Shown piece after piece: positions 9,598-18,326 of a stretch of DNA of 63,751 nt (positions are counted from its first letter, which is position 1; every line of letters begins with the position of its first letter). The notes beneath the pieces were generated by a model. That model was given only the letters and a program-made list of their open reading frames with translations. It was not told the DNA's origin and made no database searches. This DNA is from Candidatus Uhrbacteria bacterium RIFOXYB12_FULL_58_10 (GTDB lineage Bacteria; Patescibacteriota; Patescibacteriia; UBA9934; GWF2-40-263): positions 71,548 to 135,298 of the forward strand of contig MGFA01000016.1 of NCBI GenBank assembly GCA_001791645.1, read 5' to 3'. A program made the position numbers and the translations under genes.

Positions 9598-10860
9598 ATG
9601 CCTTTTGTTTTTCCTATGACGATACATGCGTACGACCCTGATCTTTCGGCCGCGCTAAACGCCGAGCTCAAACGACAGCGCGAGGGACTTGAAATGATCC
9701 CTTCGGAGAATTTTGTGTCCGAAAGCGTCCTCGAAGCCCTCGGATCCATTGCAACTAACAAATACGCCGAGGGATATAACGGAAGACGCTATTACGGTGG
9801 CTGCCAATTCATTGACCAAATCGAATCACTCGCGATCGAACGCGCCAAACAGCTGTTTGGCGCGGAACACGTAAATGTCCAGCCTCTTTCCGGAGCTCCG
9901 GCAAACATCGCCGCCTATTCCGCAATCCTCGAAAAAGGCGATACCGTGCTTGGCATGGACCTGTCGCACGGCGGGCACCTAACGCACGGCCATCCGGTTA
10001 CCTACATCGCCGGCATTTATAACTTTATCCGTTATAAAACCTCTCCGGACGGCACGCTTGACTATGACAACCTTCGCGCCATGGCGCTAGAGCATAAACC
10101 AAAGCTCGTCCTGGTCGGCTATTCAGCGTACTCACGGGAAATAGACTACGCGCGGGTCAAGGAAATCGCGGACGAGGTGGGCGCGTACACCATGGCAGAC
10201 ATCGCACACATTGCCGGACTCATCGCCGCCGGAGAAATGAACAACCCGGTTCCCTTGTTCGACCTCGTGACCACCACCACGCACAAGACGCTTCGCGGAC
10301 CGCGCGGAGGGATGATCATGTGCAAGGAAGCGCTTGCAAAGGCCGTGGACAAAGCCGTATTCCCTGGACTCCAGGGCGGACCGCACGAAAACGTCATCGC
10401 GGCGAAAGCGATCGCGTTTAGGGAGGCGCTCGAACCGGAATTCAAGGAATACGCGCGCCAAATCCGCGTCAACGCGAAAACGCTCGAAGGTGAATTTAGA
10501 ACGCGCGGATACACGCTGTGCTTTGGCGGCACGGACAACCACCTGCTCCTCATGGACGTTGTGGCCTCGCGCGGCGTATCTGGCAAGGAAGCGCAAATCG
10601 CGCTCGACAAAGCCGGCATCACCGTGAACAAAAACACCATTCCCGACGACGCGCGCGGCCCCATGGATCCGAGCGGCATTCGCTTTGGAACTCCGGCTGT
10701 TACCACACGCGGCATGAAGGAGGATGACATGAAACAAATTGCCGCCTGGATGGACGACGCCATCACGAACGCGAAGGACGACGCGAGGCTTGAGGCCATC
10801 CGCCTCGGGGTCAAGGCACTCACCGACCGATATCCGCTGTACCAGGGACTCTCCTACTAA
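9598..10860 (+). CDS. glyA: serine hydroxymethyltransferase
   Basis: MIPSENFVS and the PLP-lysine motif TTTTHKTLRGPRGG. An alternative in-frame ATG lies at 9616. Confidence 0.95.
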   Translation: MPFVFPMTIHAYDPDLSAALNAELKRQREGLEMIPSENFVSESVLEALGSIATNKYAEGYNGRRYYGGCQFIDQIESLAIERAKQLFGAEHVNVQPLSGAPANIAAYSAILEKGDTVLGMDLSHGGHLTHGHPVTYIAGIYNFIRYKTSPDGTLDYDNLRAMALEHKPKLVLVGYSAYSREIDYARVKEIADEVGAYTMADIAHIAGLIAAGEMNNPVPLFDLVTTTTHKTLRGPRGGMIMCKEALAKAVDKAVFPGLQGGPHENVIAAKAIAFREALEPEFKEYARQIRVNAKTLEGEFRTRGYTLCFGGTDNHLLLMDVVASRGVSGKEAQIALDKAGITVNKNTIPDDARGPMDPSGIRFGTPAVTTRGMKEDDMKQIAAWMDDAITNAKDDARLEAIRLGVKALTDRYPLYQGLSY

Positions 10861-10959
10861 CCACATGGATCCGAACAATCTCAATCTCGTGCGGAAGGAC
10901 ATTCTTCGGAGTTCCCCTGATCCTTTACCAAATGCCTGATTTCCAGTAGCATTGGCCCC

Positions 10960-11805
10960 ATGGCAATTCTCCTCGACGGACGTGCGATTGGCGCGCGCAT
11001 TCGTGAAAAAGTAAAGGAACGAGTGGCGCGCATGGCCATAAAGCCAGGGCTTGCCGTTCTTTTGGTTGGCGACGACCCAGCGAGCCACCTGTACGTTTCG
11101 CTCAAGCGCAAGGCATGCGAGGAAGCTAACATCCGCTTTGAACTTTTCCTGTATCCGGCAAACGAACCGGAAGCCGTCATCCTCGCGAAGGTCGACGAGC
11201 TAAATCGGCGCGAGGATATCACCGGCATCCTCGTGCAACTTCCCCTCCCATCGCAAGACGCAAACCGCATGATCGCGCATATCCATCCTAACAAGGACGT
11301 GGACGGATTTCACAAGGAAAACGTCCGTGCCCTCTCCGAAGGACGTCCAGGAATCGTGTCGGCGCTTGCGCTTGGCATTTTGAAACTGATTGACGAGGGT
11401 CGCGGGGCGCTGGGTCGCGGAACACAAAAAAACAGAGCGGCAATCGTCGGGAGCTCGTTGTTCGCGGAACCAATCCGATACCTGCTCGCGGAGCAAAATG
11501 TCTTCGCCGAGCGCGTGGATCCCGATGACGCGGAACTCGCGACAAAGACAAACGTGTCCGATATCCTCATCGTAGGGGTCGGACGACCAGGATTGATCAC
11601 GGGCATCTGCGTAAAACCGGGCGCGATTGTCATCGACGTCGGAACGACCAAAATCGACGAACAGGTCATCGGAGACGTGGACGCGCTATCCGTCGAACCC
11701 ATCGCGGGCGCCATGAGCCCGGTCCCAGGCGGCGTCGGTCCCATGACGGTTGCCATGCTCCTTTTGAACATCCTGAAGGCTGCGGAACTCCAAAAAACGT
11801 CTTAA
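10960..11805 (+). CDS. folD: bifunctional methylenetetrahydrofolate dehydrogenase/cyclohydrolase
   Basis: ILLVGDDPAS, GILVQLPLP and VGVGRPGLI motifs. Confidence 0.92.
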   Translation: MAILLDGRAIGARIREKVKERVARMAIKPGLAVLLVGDDPASHLYVSLKRKACEEANIRFELFLYPANEPEAVILAKVDELNRREDITGILVQLPLPSQDANRMIAHIHPNKDVDGFHKENVRALSEGRPGIVSALALGILKLIDEGRGALGRGTQKNRAAIVGSSLFAEPIRYLLAEQNVFAERVDPDDAELATKTNVSDILIVGVGRPGLITGICVKPGAIVIDVGTTKIDEQVIGDVDALSVEPIAGAMSPVPGGVGPMTVAMLLLNILKAAELQKTS

Positions 11806-11829
11806 CGGCGTTTCTGACATCAAGTATGA

Positions 11830-12222
11830 CTATTTTTTTGCTACGATTCCTGCGACGAGAACAGCGGCGATATTCACGGCCTGGCCCTTGAAAATTCCCA
11901 TGGTGAACGCCATTGTCCATGGGTAGCCATATACGGGCTGCATCAGAATGGCCGTGCCAAGAAAGGTCAGGCACACCCATACCAAGGCGATGGTAATTCG
12001 ATGTGCCCAGTCATTTTCGGTCGAGCGGCGAAAATACAGCCATCCAAACAACAGGTAACAAAGTGGCGTAGCGGCCTGCAGCAAAACGAATGCCCAGCCG
12101 GTCAGGGTAATTTGATAGATGGTATAGAGAAAGAGGCTCGAGACGTAAGCGCAAACGAACGTAAGAAACCAAAAGGTGAGAACGCGCTTAATGGGAAAGT
12201 CATGCAACGTCATATGGATCAA
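11830..12222 (-). CDS. small integral membrane protein
   Basis: 130 aa with about 4 hydrophobic segments. It has a 4-nt overlap with the upstream permease gene. Confidence 0.55.
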   Translation of the reverse strand: MIHMTLHDFPIKRVLTFWFLTFVCAYVSSLFLYTIYQITLTGWAFVLLQAATPLCYLLFGWLYFRRSTENDWAHRITIALVWVCLTFLGTAILMQPVYGYPWTMAFTMGIFKGQAVNIAAVLVAGIVAKK

Positions 12223-13364
12223 ATGAATGAATATAATGTGACGACGATGCCAGAGAGATACAAAAGCACCAATCCGGCGGTAACGACCCTTGGAACCTCA
12301 AGACACACATGCTCCCGACATGCCTTCGTTGCGCGCATGCGCTCGTACGTGAACACAACCAAAATCCCATTGACGCCAGCGAATACAGCGCCAATGAATC
12401 CAAGGATTCCAATGAATGACCGAACCCCGGCAAGGTACAGGACAACCGGAACGCCAATTGCAAGTGCCCATGCGGCAACCCGGCTCAGGCGGTTGTCATA
12501 ACGCAAGCTGTTCTGCAGTTCGACGGATCCGACCATGTAGATGGACAGAATGGACGCGACGGCAAGCGAAACTCCGATGACACGAAACGAACCGCCGATG
12601 AGCGGCACGAGCGCATCAATGGCAAACTCGCTCGTGGATGTCCCCGTGGCCGCAATCACGGAAAACGTGAAAACGGCGTACAGCGCGGTAATGCACGCCA
12701 TGCCGATGAAAACCGCGTATGGAAGCGAATCCCGCTTGCCGAGCAGGGCGCGCATTTCCGGAATCGCGCTGATGCCTCCGGTCAACGAAAAGAATACAAC
12801 GCCGTACAATGCCAACAAGCCGTTATTCCACGTACCATCTGCGAGCCTCGAAAGATCCGCGTGTGGAAAAGCCGCGAGGACAATGAACGAAAAAAGAAAA
12901 ATCAGTCCCGCGAGCATCCATACCTCAATGCGGGCGACAAACCTGAGTCCGCGGTATGATAGCGCACCAATCAAGGCCGCGATGCAAAGCCCGAAAAACG
13001 TTTCGGCAACGTTGCCTTGCAGACCGAAGAGAATGGATAGTAATTTTCCGCCGGCCACGAGATAGGCGAGCATCGCGCCCCAAAAGCCGAACACGAGCGT
13101 CATCGTGGCGATTCGACCAAACCGTTTTCCCAGGTACGTCTCAATGATCCCGGCGAAACGATGCTCGCCCGGGGTATGCGCGATGACATCGGCGTACATG
13201 AACAATATCCCTGTCATGGTGGAGCTCAACAGGAGAAGAACGAGCAAACCGGCCCCATATCCGGTCTGGGAAAATACGAACGGGAGGCCGAACACGCCAA
13301 CGCCAACGACGGAACCAACCATCGTCGCGACCGCCCGGATGAATTTTATGTTCGGATGCACCAT
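12219..13364 (-). CDS. amino acid permease (Trp/Tyr permease-like, about 11 TM)
   Basis: N-terminal IRAVATMVGSVVGVGVFGLPFVFSQTGYG is typical of amino-acid transporter families. The protein is hydrophobic throughout. Confidence 0.7.
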   Translation of the reverse strand: MVHPNIKFIRAVATMVGSVVGVGVFGLPFVFSQTGYGAGLLVLLLLSSTMTGILFMYADVIAHTPGEHRFAGIIETYLGKRFGRIATMTLVFGFWGAMLAYLVAGGKLLSILFGLQGNVAETFFGLCIAALIGALSYRGLRFVARIEVWMLAGLIFLFSFIVLAAFPHADLSRLADGTWNNGLLALYGVVFFSLTGGISAIPEMRALLGKRDSLPYAVFIGMACITALYAVFTFSVIAATGTSTSEFAIDALVPLIGGSFRVIGVSLAVASILSIYMVGSVELQNSLRYDNRLSRVAAWALAIGVPVVLYLAGVRSFIGILGFIGAVFAGVNGILVVFTYERMRATKACREHVCLEVPRVVTAGLVLLYLSGIVVTLYSFI

Positions 13365-13432
13365 TCGTCCACAAGTATAGCACAGCTTAGGGCTTGCCTG
13401 AGAGCGCCCGGATGCTAAGATGCCAACGGCTT

Positions 13433-14893
13433 ATGGGCGTAGAACGTCTTCCCCCGCAAAACGTCGAGGCCGAGCAATCCCTGCTCGGTTCCATTTTGAT
13501 TGACCAGGACGCAATGCTGAAAATCGGCGACATCACGCATCCTGAGGACTTTTACCGTGATTCGCACCGGATCATCTTTGATTGCATGCTCGATCTCTAC
13601 GAGCGCCATGAGCCGATCGACATCCTGACGGTCGGAAACCGCCTCGAGGAAAAGAGCAAACTCCAGCACGTGGGAGGACGCGCGTATCTGGTGGAACTCT
13701 CAAACGCGGTCCCAACGTCCGCGCACATCGCGCACTACGCGCAAATCATCCAAAAAAAATCGTCGTTGCGCCGTCTGATCGAGGCGGCCACGCATATCAC
13801 CCAACTCGGATACGAGGAAGAGTCGGACATTGACGCCACGCTCGACGAGGCCGAGCGCACGTTGTTCGGCGTGTCACAAAACCTGACCAAGAATGCCTTT
13901 ACCCCAATTTCACGCGTGCTTGCCGATGCGTTCGACCGCATTGACGAGCTCCACCGCGAGCGGGGAAAACTGCGTGGCGTCCCAACCGGTTTTCGGGAAC
14001 TGGACGAACTGCTCGCGGGCCTGCAAAAATCAGATCTTCTCATTCTCGCCGCCCGACCATCCGTCGGAAAAACGTCGCTTGCCATGAACATCGCCGCAAA
14101 CGTCGCGCTCAAGGGAAAAACCCCGGTCGGCGTCTTTTCGCTTGAAATGTCCAAGGAACAACTCGTAGATCGCATGATCTGCGCGGAGGCGGGCGTGGAC
14201 CTATGGAAAATGCGCACCGGGCGCCTGTCGGACCGCGACGAGGACTTTCCGCGCATCGGGCACGCGCTCGGCGTACTGTCCGAGGCTCCGGTTTTTATCG
14301 ACGACTCTCCTTCCCTCACGGTCATGGAGCTCAGAACCAAGGCGCGGCGCATGCAATCCGAGCATGGGCTCGGACTCATTATCATCGACTACCTGCAGCT
14401 CATGGAGGGCCGGAACAAAAAAAATGGTGGCGACGACAACCGCGTACAGGAGGTTTCCGAAATCTCGCGCGGCTTAAAGCAGATTGCGCGCGAACTCAAG
14501 GTTCCGGTTCTCGCGCTTGCGCAGCTTTCGCGTGCCGTGGAGCTCAACAAGCCGGCTATCCCGCGCCTCGCGCACCTACGTGACTCCGGTTCCATCGAGC
14601 AGGACGCCGACGTGGTTCTCTTCATCTATCGCAAGGCATCCGACCGAAACTACCGCGAGGAGGATCTTGCCCCGGAGGAGAAGAACGTCGCCGAGGTCCA
14701 CATTGCCAAGCATCGTAACGGCCCGACCGGCATGGTTCGCCTGTTTTTCGACAAGACGCGCACGTCATTCCGCAACCTCGAGATGCGCGGACACGCGTCC
14801 GGATCGGATATGTCGCCTTTGCCGCCAATGCCCACCTCGCCCCCTCCGGTAGATGCCGGATTTGTCCCTCCGCCCATGGAACCGCTACAATAG
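13433..14893 (+). CDS. dnaB: replicative DNA helicase DnaB
   Basis: PPQNVEAEQSLLGSIL N-terminal motif, Walker A ARPSVGKTSLAMN, Walker B IIIDYLQLM. The ORF opens at a TTG at 13394; ATGs lie at 13412 and 13433. The protein has a Pro-rich C-terminal tail. Confidence 0.92.
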   Translation: MGVERLPPQNVEAEQSLLGSILIDQDAMLKIGDITHPEDFYRDSHRIIFDCMLDLYERHEPIDILTVGNRLEEKSKLQHVGGRAYLVELSNAVPTSAHIAHYAQIIQKKSSLRRLIEAATHITQLGYEEESDIDATLDEAERTLFGVSQNLTKNAFTPISRVLADAFDRIDELHRERGKLRGVPTGFRELDELLAGLQKSDLLILAARPSVGKTSLAMNIAANVALKGKTPVGVFSLEMSKEQLVDRMICAEAGVDLWKMRTGRLSDRDEDFPRIGHALGVLSEAPVFIDDSPSLTVMELRTKARRMQSEHGLGLIIIDYLQLMEGRNKKNGGDDNRVQEVSEISRGLKQIARELKVPVLALAQLSRAVELNKPAIPRLAHLRDSGSIEQDADVVLFIYRKASDRNYREEDLAPEEKNVAEVHIAKHRNGPTGMVRLFFDKTRTSFRNLEMRGHASGSDMSPLPPMPTSPPPVDAGFVPPPMEPLQ

Positions 14894-14923
14894 AGTTACT
14901 CTCCGACTCAATAACCCCAGACT

Positions 14924-15226
14924 ATGTTTTCAAAGATCAAGGCCATCAAGGATATTCGTGACCAGGCCAAGCAGATGCAAAACGCCATGGACGACGTGTC
15001 CGCGGAAGGATCGGCAGGCTGGGGAAAGATAAAGCTCCGCATGAACGGAAACCAAAAAATCCTGTCCATGGAAATCGACGATGAACTGATGACAGACAAG
15101 GTAAAGCTCATTAGAACCATCATGGAAGCTCATGCCGACGCCGTAAAAAATCTACAAAAAGAGATGGCCGGAAAAATGAAGGATATGGGCGGTATTCAGG
15201 AAATGATGAAAAACCTCGGGATGTGA
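14924..15226 (+). CDS. ybaB: YbaB/EbfC family nucleoid-associated protein
   Basis: 100 aa with the pattern QAKQMQNAMDDV...GSAGWGKIKLRMNGNQKILSMEIDDEL. Confidence 0.85.
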   Translation: MFSKIKAIKDIRDQAKQMQNAMDDVSAEGSAGWGKIKLRMNGNQKILSMEIDDELMTDKVKLIRTIMEAHADAVKNLQKEMAGKMKDMGGIQEMMKNLGM

Positions 15227-15825
15227 GGCGGTTTCCCGAACCCATCCAAAATGCGGTGGCGTCATTTGCGCGCCTGCCGGGCGTGGGGCCAAAAACGGCC
15301 CTGCGTTTTGTGTATTACCTGCTCAAGATTCCGCGTCACGACCTTGAAGTCATGGCACGTTCCATTATCACGCTCGCGGATCGCATTCGGACCTGCGAAA
15401 ATTGTTTTACGTACTGCGAAACGCCCGTATGCGACATTTGCCGCGATAACCGGCGCGACACGTCCATGGTGTGCGTGGTCGAGGAACCGCGCGATATCGC
15501 GACGATCGAGAGCACAGGGGCCTACCGCGGGCAGTATCATGTGCTTGGGGGCGTCTTAAATCCCATTGACGGAATGACGCCCGATGTGTTGCGCGTGCGC
15601 GAGCTCACGGAGCGCGTGCGCAACGATGAGTCGATGCGCGAGGTAATCCTCGCGCTCTCCCCGACCATGCAAGGCGAAAGTACCATGATGTACCTGACGA
15701 AACAGCTGTCTTCGCTCGGCCGCCGCGTCACGCGCCTCGCCCGCGGGCTTCCCATCGGTGCCAGCCTTGAGTACGCAGACGAGATTACGCTCGGCGACGC
15801 CATGAAGGGACGGCGGGACGCGTAA
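15223..15825 (+). CDS. recR: recombination protein RecR
   Basis: GTG start overlapping the ybaB stop (GTGA). LPGVGPKTALRF helix-hairpin-helix, Cys4 zinc finger CENCFTYCETPVCDIC, and a Toprim segment. Confidence 0.92.
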   Translation: MRRFPEPIQNAVASFARLPGVGPKTALRFVYYLLKIPRHDLEVMARSIITLADRIRTCENCFTYCETPVCDICRDNRRDTSMVCVVEEPRDIATIESTGAYRGQYHVLGGVLNPIDGMTPDVLRVRELTERVRNDESMREVILALSPTMQGESTMMYLTKQLSSLGRRVTRLARGLPIGASLEYADEITLGDAMKGRRDA

Positions 15826-15940
15826 GTTCAAAACACGGTGCTTCGGAACATCCCGCCGTGCTCACTTCGGTCCGGACTTCGCCGGCCTCTTGCTCCGCGC
15901 GGCAGGAACCCTGTTCCTTCGCCCGGCCTTGAACTTCGCG

Positions 15941-15968
15941 AGAAAGAAAAAAGAGGCTCGAAGGCCTC
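15941..15968 (-). terminator. intrinsic terminator-like hairpin after 15967..16347
   Basis: Minus strand: GAGGC-CTTCGA-GCCTC followed by TTTTTTCTTTC. The hairpin overlaps the stop codon. Confidence 0.45.
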
Positions 15969-16347
15969 AGTGGACGGCGGGACCGGCGGCGGTGGCGATC
16001 GTCGCGGCGCAGGACAAACGACGGGACCGCATGACGATTTTCCGAATGCGGTCCCTGATCTGCCGTTCTACCCGACGACGGGCCAGCAGCAGCGCGAAAT
16101 ACTCACGGGCGGTCGGAGAACGGCTGAGCACTGCCTCGACCACCTGGTGACCCACCTCGTCAAGTCCGCTCGGGAGCAGATGCGCCTCGATCGACTCCGC
16201 GTCGACGTCCGCGAACCACTGACGATCGAGCCTCTTCAGATCCCTCTCGATTTCCGCGATGCGACGACGCTTCTCGAGGATCTTCGTGTCACGCTCGATC
16301 GCGTTCGCGATGATTCCCGACTCGACCTGTTCTTCTCGACGTGCCAT
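15967..16347 (-). CDS. hypothetical protein (charged, helical)
   Basis: ATG at 16347 preceded by AAGGAG 7 nt upstream, and it has its own terminator. GC-richer than the flanking recR and rplU. Confidence 0.55.
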   Translation of the reverse strand: MARREEQVESGIIANAIERDTKILEKRRRIAEIERDLKRLDRQWFADVDAESIEAHLLPSGLDEVGHQVVEAVLSRSPTAREYFALLLARRRVERQIRDRIRKIVMRSRRLSCAATIATAAGPAVH

Positions 16348-16430
16348 CCCGTTGCTCCTTTGGGTGGGTGGTTGCGAATGATACACGGTGTTGCGATCCG
16401 CGTCAAGCCTGCCATAGAAAAATCCCCGCG

Positions 16431-16745
16431 CTAGGCGGAGATTTTTTCGATCTTGAGCTTGGTGAACGGCTGGCGGTGGCCGACGTGTCGGCGATAGCGT
16501 ACCTTCGGCTTGTATTTGACGACCAGCACCTTGTCTGCGCGGCCGTGCTCGACGACGGTCGCGGAAACCACGGCTCCGGAAACCATCGGGGCGCCTACCT
16601 TCACGCTCTTACCCTCGTCGTCCGCGACGAGAAGCGCATCAAAGGCGATCGGCTTGCCGGCCTCGGTTTCGAGAAGCTCCACTTTGAGCTCCTGGCCCTC
16701 GCGGACAATGTACTGCTTGCCGCCGGTCTTAATGACTGCGAACAT
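16431..16745 (-). CDS. rplU: 50S ribosomal protein L21
   Basis: MFAVIKTGGKQYIVREGQELKVE... is the canonical bL21 N-terminus. No rpmA follows it. Confidence 0.93.
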   Translation of the reverse strand: MFAVIKTGGKQYIVREGQELKVELLETEAGKPIAFDALLVADDEGKSVKVGAPMVSGAVVSATVVEHGRADKVLVVKYKPKVRYRRHVGHRQPFTKLKIEKISA

Positions 16746-16821
16746 ACGTGCGCTCGCGGCTTCCCTGTCCCAAATGGGTAGTATTGCCTGCGATCCTACG
16801 AATTACGAAGGAATAGTACCT

Positions 16822-17271
16822 TTAGGGGAGATCAATGTCAAGGAGGTCTCCGGCAACCAGCCCATGGGCTTGTGCAAACCCGGCGTTTACCTCCAAAACC
16901 CCGTCTACGGCCGTATTTGGAAGATATTGTGGAAGATCATCGCCGTCTGGTACGGGAACGTCTGGCGTAACATTCACGATCGTTTCCCCGCGAAGCCAGA
17001 TGATATCGATGGGAAAATCCATGTCTTTCATCCAAAACCCGTAGCGACCCGGCTCGTCAAACAGAAACAGCATCCCGCGATCCGCATCAAGCCAAGCATG
17101 CCCCGACAATCCGACACGCCGCTCCTCCGCCGAATCCGCGACTTCGACGTCGATCGACGTCCCGTCCGGCAGGATGACATGTGAATCATACCATATAGGA
17201 AGATTCACAATCACCGCGAGAACGACGGAAACGATGGCCAGGGATAGCATGATATTCTTGGGCCACCTCAT
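16822..17271 (-). CDS. DUF192 domain protein (membrane-anchored)
   Basis: GMLFLFDEPGRYGFWMKDMDFPIDIIWL matches the DUF192 core. The ATG at 17271 overlaps the stop of the upstream gene (ATGA). Confidence 0.8.
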   Translation of the reverse strand: MRWPKNIMLSLAIVSVVLAVIVNLPIWYDSHVILPDGTSIDVEVADSAEERRVGLSGHAWLDADRGMLFLFDEPGRYGFWMKDMDFPIDIIWLRGETIVNVTPDVPVPDGDDLPQYLPNTAVDGVLEVNAGFAQAHGLVAGDLLDIDLP

Positions 17272-18326
17272 ACGCGCTTTTCCTGCCGCGTCATCCAAAT
17301 CGCGACCACGACCATCGCGGCGGCCAGCGCACCGAGAGCGATGAGTTTTTGCTTGCTCTGCAGGAACAACGTCGAGAGGCCGAACGCGGTCGCGACCAGA
17401 TAGTAGGCGAAAACGATGCGACGCTGGCTCCAGCCGCGATCAAGCAGCCGGTGGTGCAAATGCTTGCGGTCGGCCTTGAAGATGCCTGCGACGCCACCCG
17501 AACGAAATCTCCGGACGATGATCCAGATGACATCCATGAGCGGAATGGCGATCACGAGCAAAGCGGTCGCCAGCTTCCCGCCGGAAATCACGGCAAGCGT
17601 CCCGATGACAAACCCGACGAACGTACTTCCCCCCTCCCCGAGAAAAATGGAAGCGGGATTAACGTTAAAGACAAGAAATCCAAGCATGGCTCCAAGGCAA
17701 ATGGCCGCAAGCACGGCCACATCCGGTTGGAAGTAGGCGTCGGAAAGTGCAAGCAGCATCACCATCAGTGAGCCGATGGAAGACACTCCGGTCGCAAGTC
17801 CGTCAAGCCCGTCCAAAAACTTGCTTGTGTACATGACAACCATGAGCCACACAAACACCAGCACGTCTGATTCCCACCCGGCAAGGAGAAACACACCTCC
17901 AAATGGGTTCGTCAACTTATCCACCTCTATGCCAAACGCGATGACTGTCAGGGTCGCCGCAAGTGGCGCGACAATGGAATATTTGGCCGGAAGATTATAC
18001 TTGTCATCCAAATATCCGCCGACCATGAGCACGAGGCCACCAAGGAGGAACCCAGCGTAATGTGAAACGGTGATCTCACCGCCCGTGAGCAAGCCGCTGT
18101 CCGCGAGAATGAACAGCACGACGATCACGATCGAAATGAACATCCCGACGCCGCCAAGAAGAGGAATCGGCCTTGTATGGATCTTGCGCCCGCCCGTCGG
18201 ACGATCGACCAGTCCGTGCGCGGACGCGAACCAAGACACGATGGGTGCCATCCCGAACGAAAAGACAAAGGCAAGCGCGCCAAACAGCAACGCAACCGTC
18301 AGAATCAACCCTTGCGCTTCGCTCAT
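17268..18326 (-). CDS. glycosyltransferase family 4, WecA/TagO-like undecaprenyl-phosphate sugar-1-phosphate transferase
   Basis: HGLVDRPTGGRKIHTRPIPLLGGVG and LDGLDGLATG motifs with about 10 TM segments. This is the WecA type rather than MraY (no GTPTMGG). Confidence 0.8.
   Translation of the reverse strand: MSEAQGLILTVALLFGALAFVFSFGMAPIVSWFASAHGLVDRPTGGRKIHTRPIPLLGGVGMFISIVIVVLFILADSGLLTGGEITVSHYAGFLLGGLVLMVGGYLDDKYNLPAKYSIVAPLAATLTVIAFGIEVDKLTNPFGGVFLLAGWESDVLVFVWLMVVMYTSKFLDGLDGLATGVSSIGSLMVMLLALSDAYFQPDVAVLAAICLGAMLGFLVFNVNPASIFLGEGGSTFVGFVIGTLAVISGGKLATALLVIAIPLMDVIWIIVRRFRSGGVAGIFKADRKHLHHRLLDRGWSQRRIVFAYYLVATAFGLSTLFLQSKQKLIALGALAAAMVVVAIWMTRQEKRV

Noticed and set aside
10132-11088. 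318-aa minus-strand ORF across the glyA-folD junction
   Set aside because: It is antisense to two clearly identified genes, crosses their intergenic region, and is Arg-rich.
17268-18326. Calling this gene mraY because of the nearby mur genes
   Set aside because: The motif pattern (DRP-x-x-RK-x-H-x-x-P-x-P-x-x-GG) is that of WecA/TagO-type transferases. The MraY-specific motifs are not visible.
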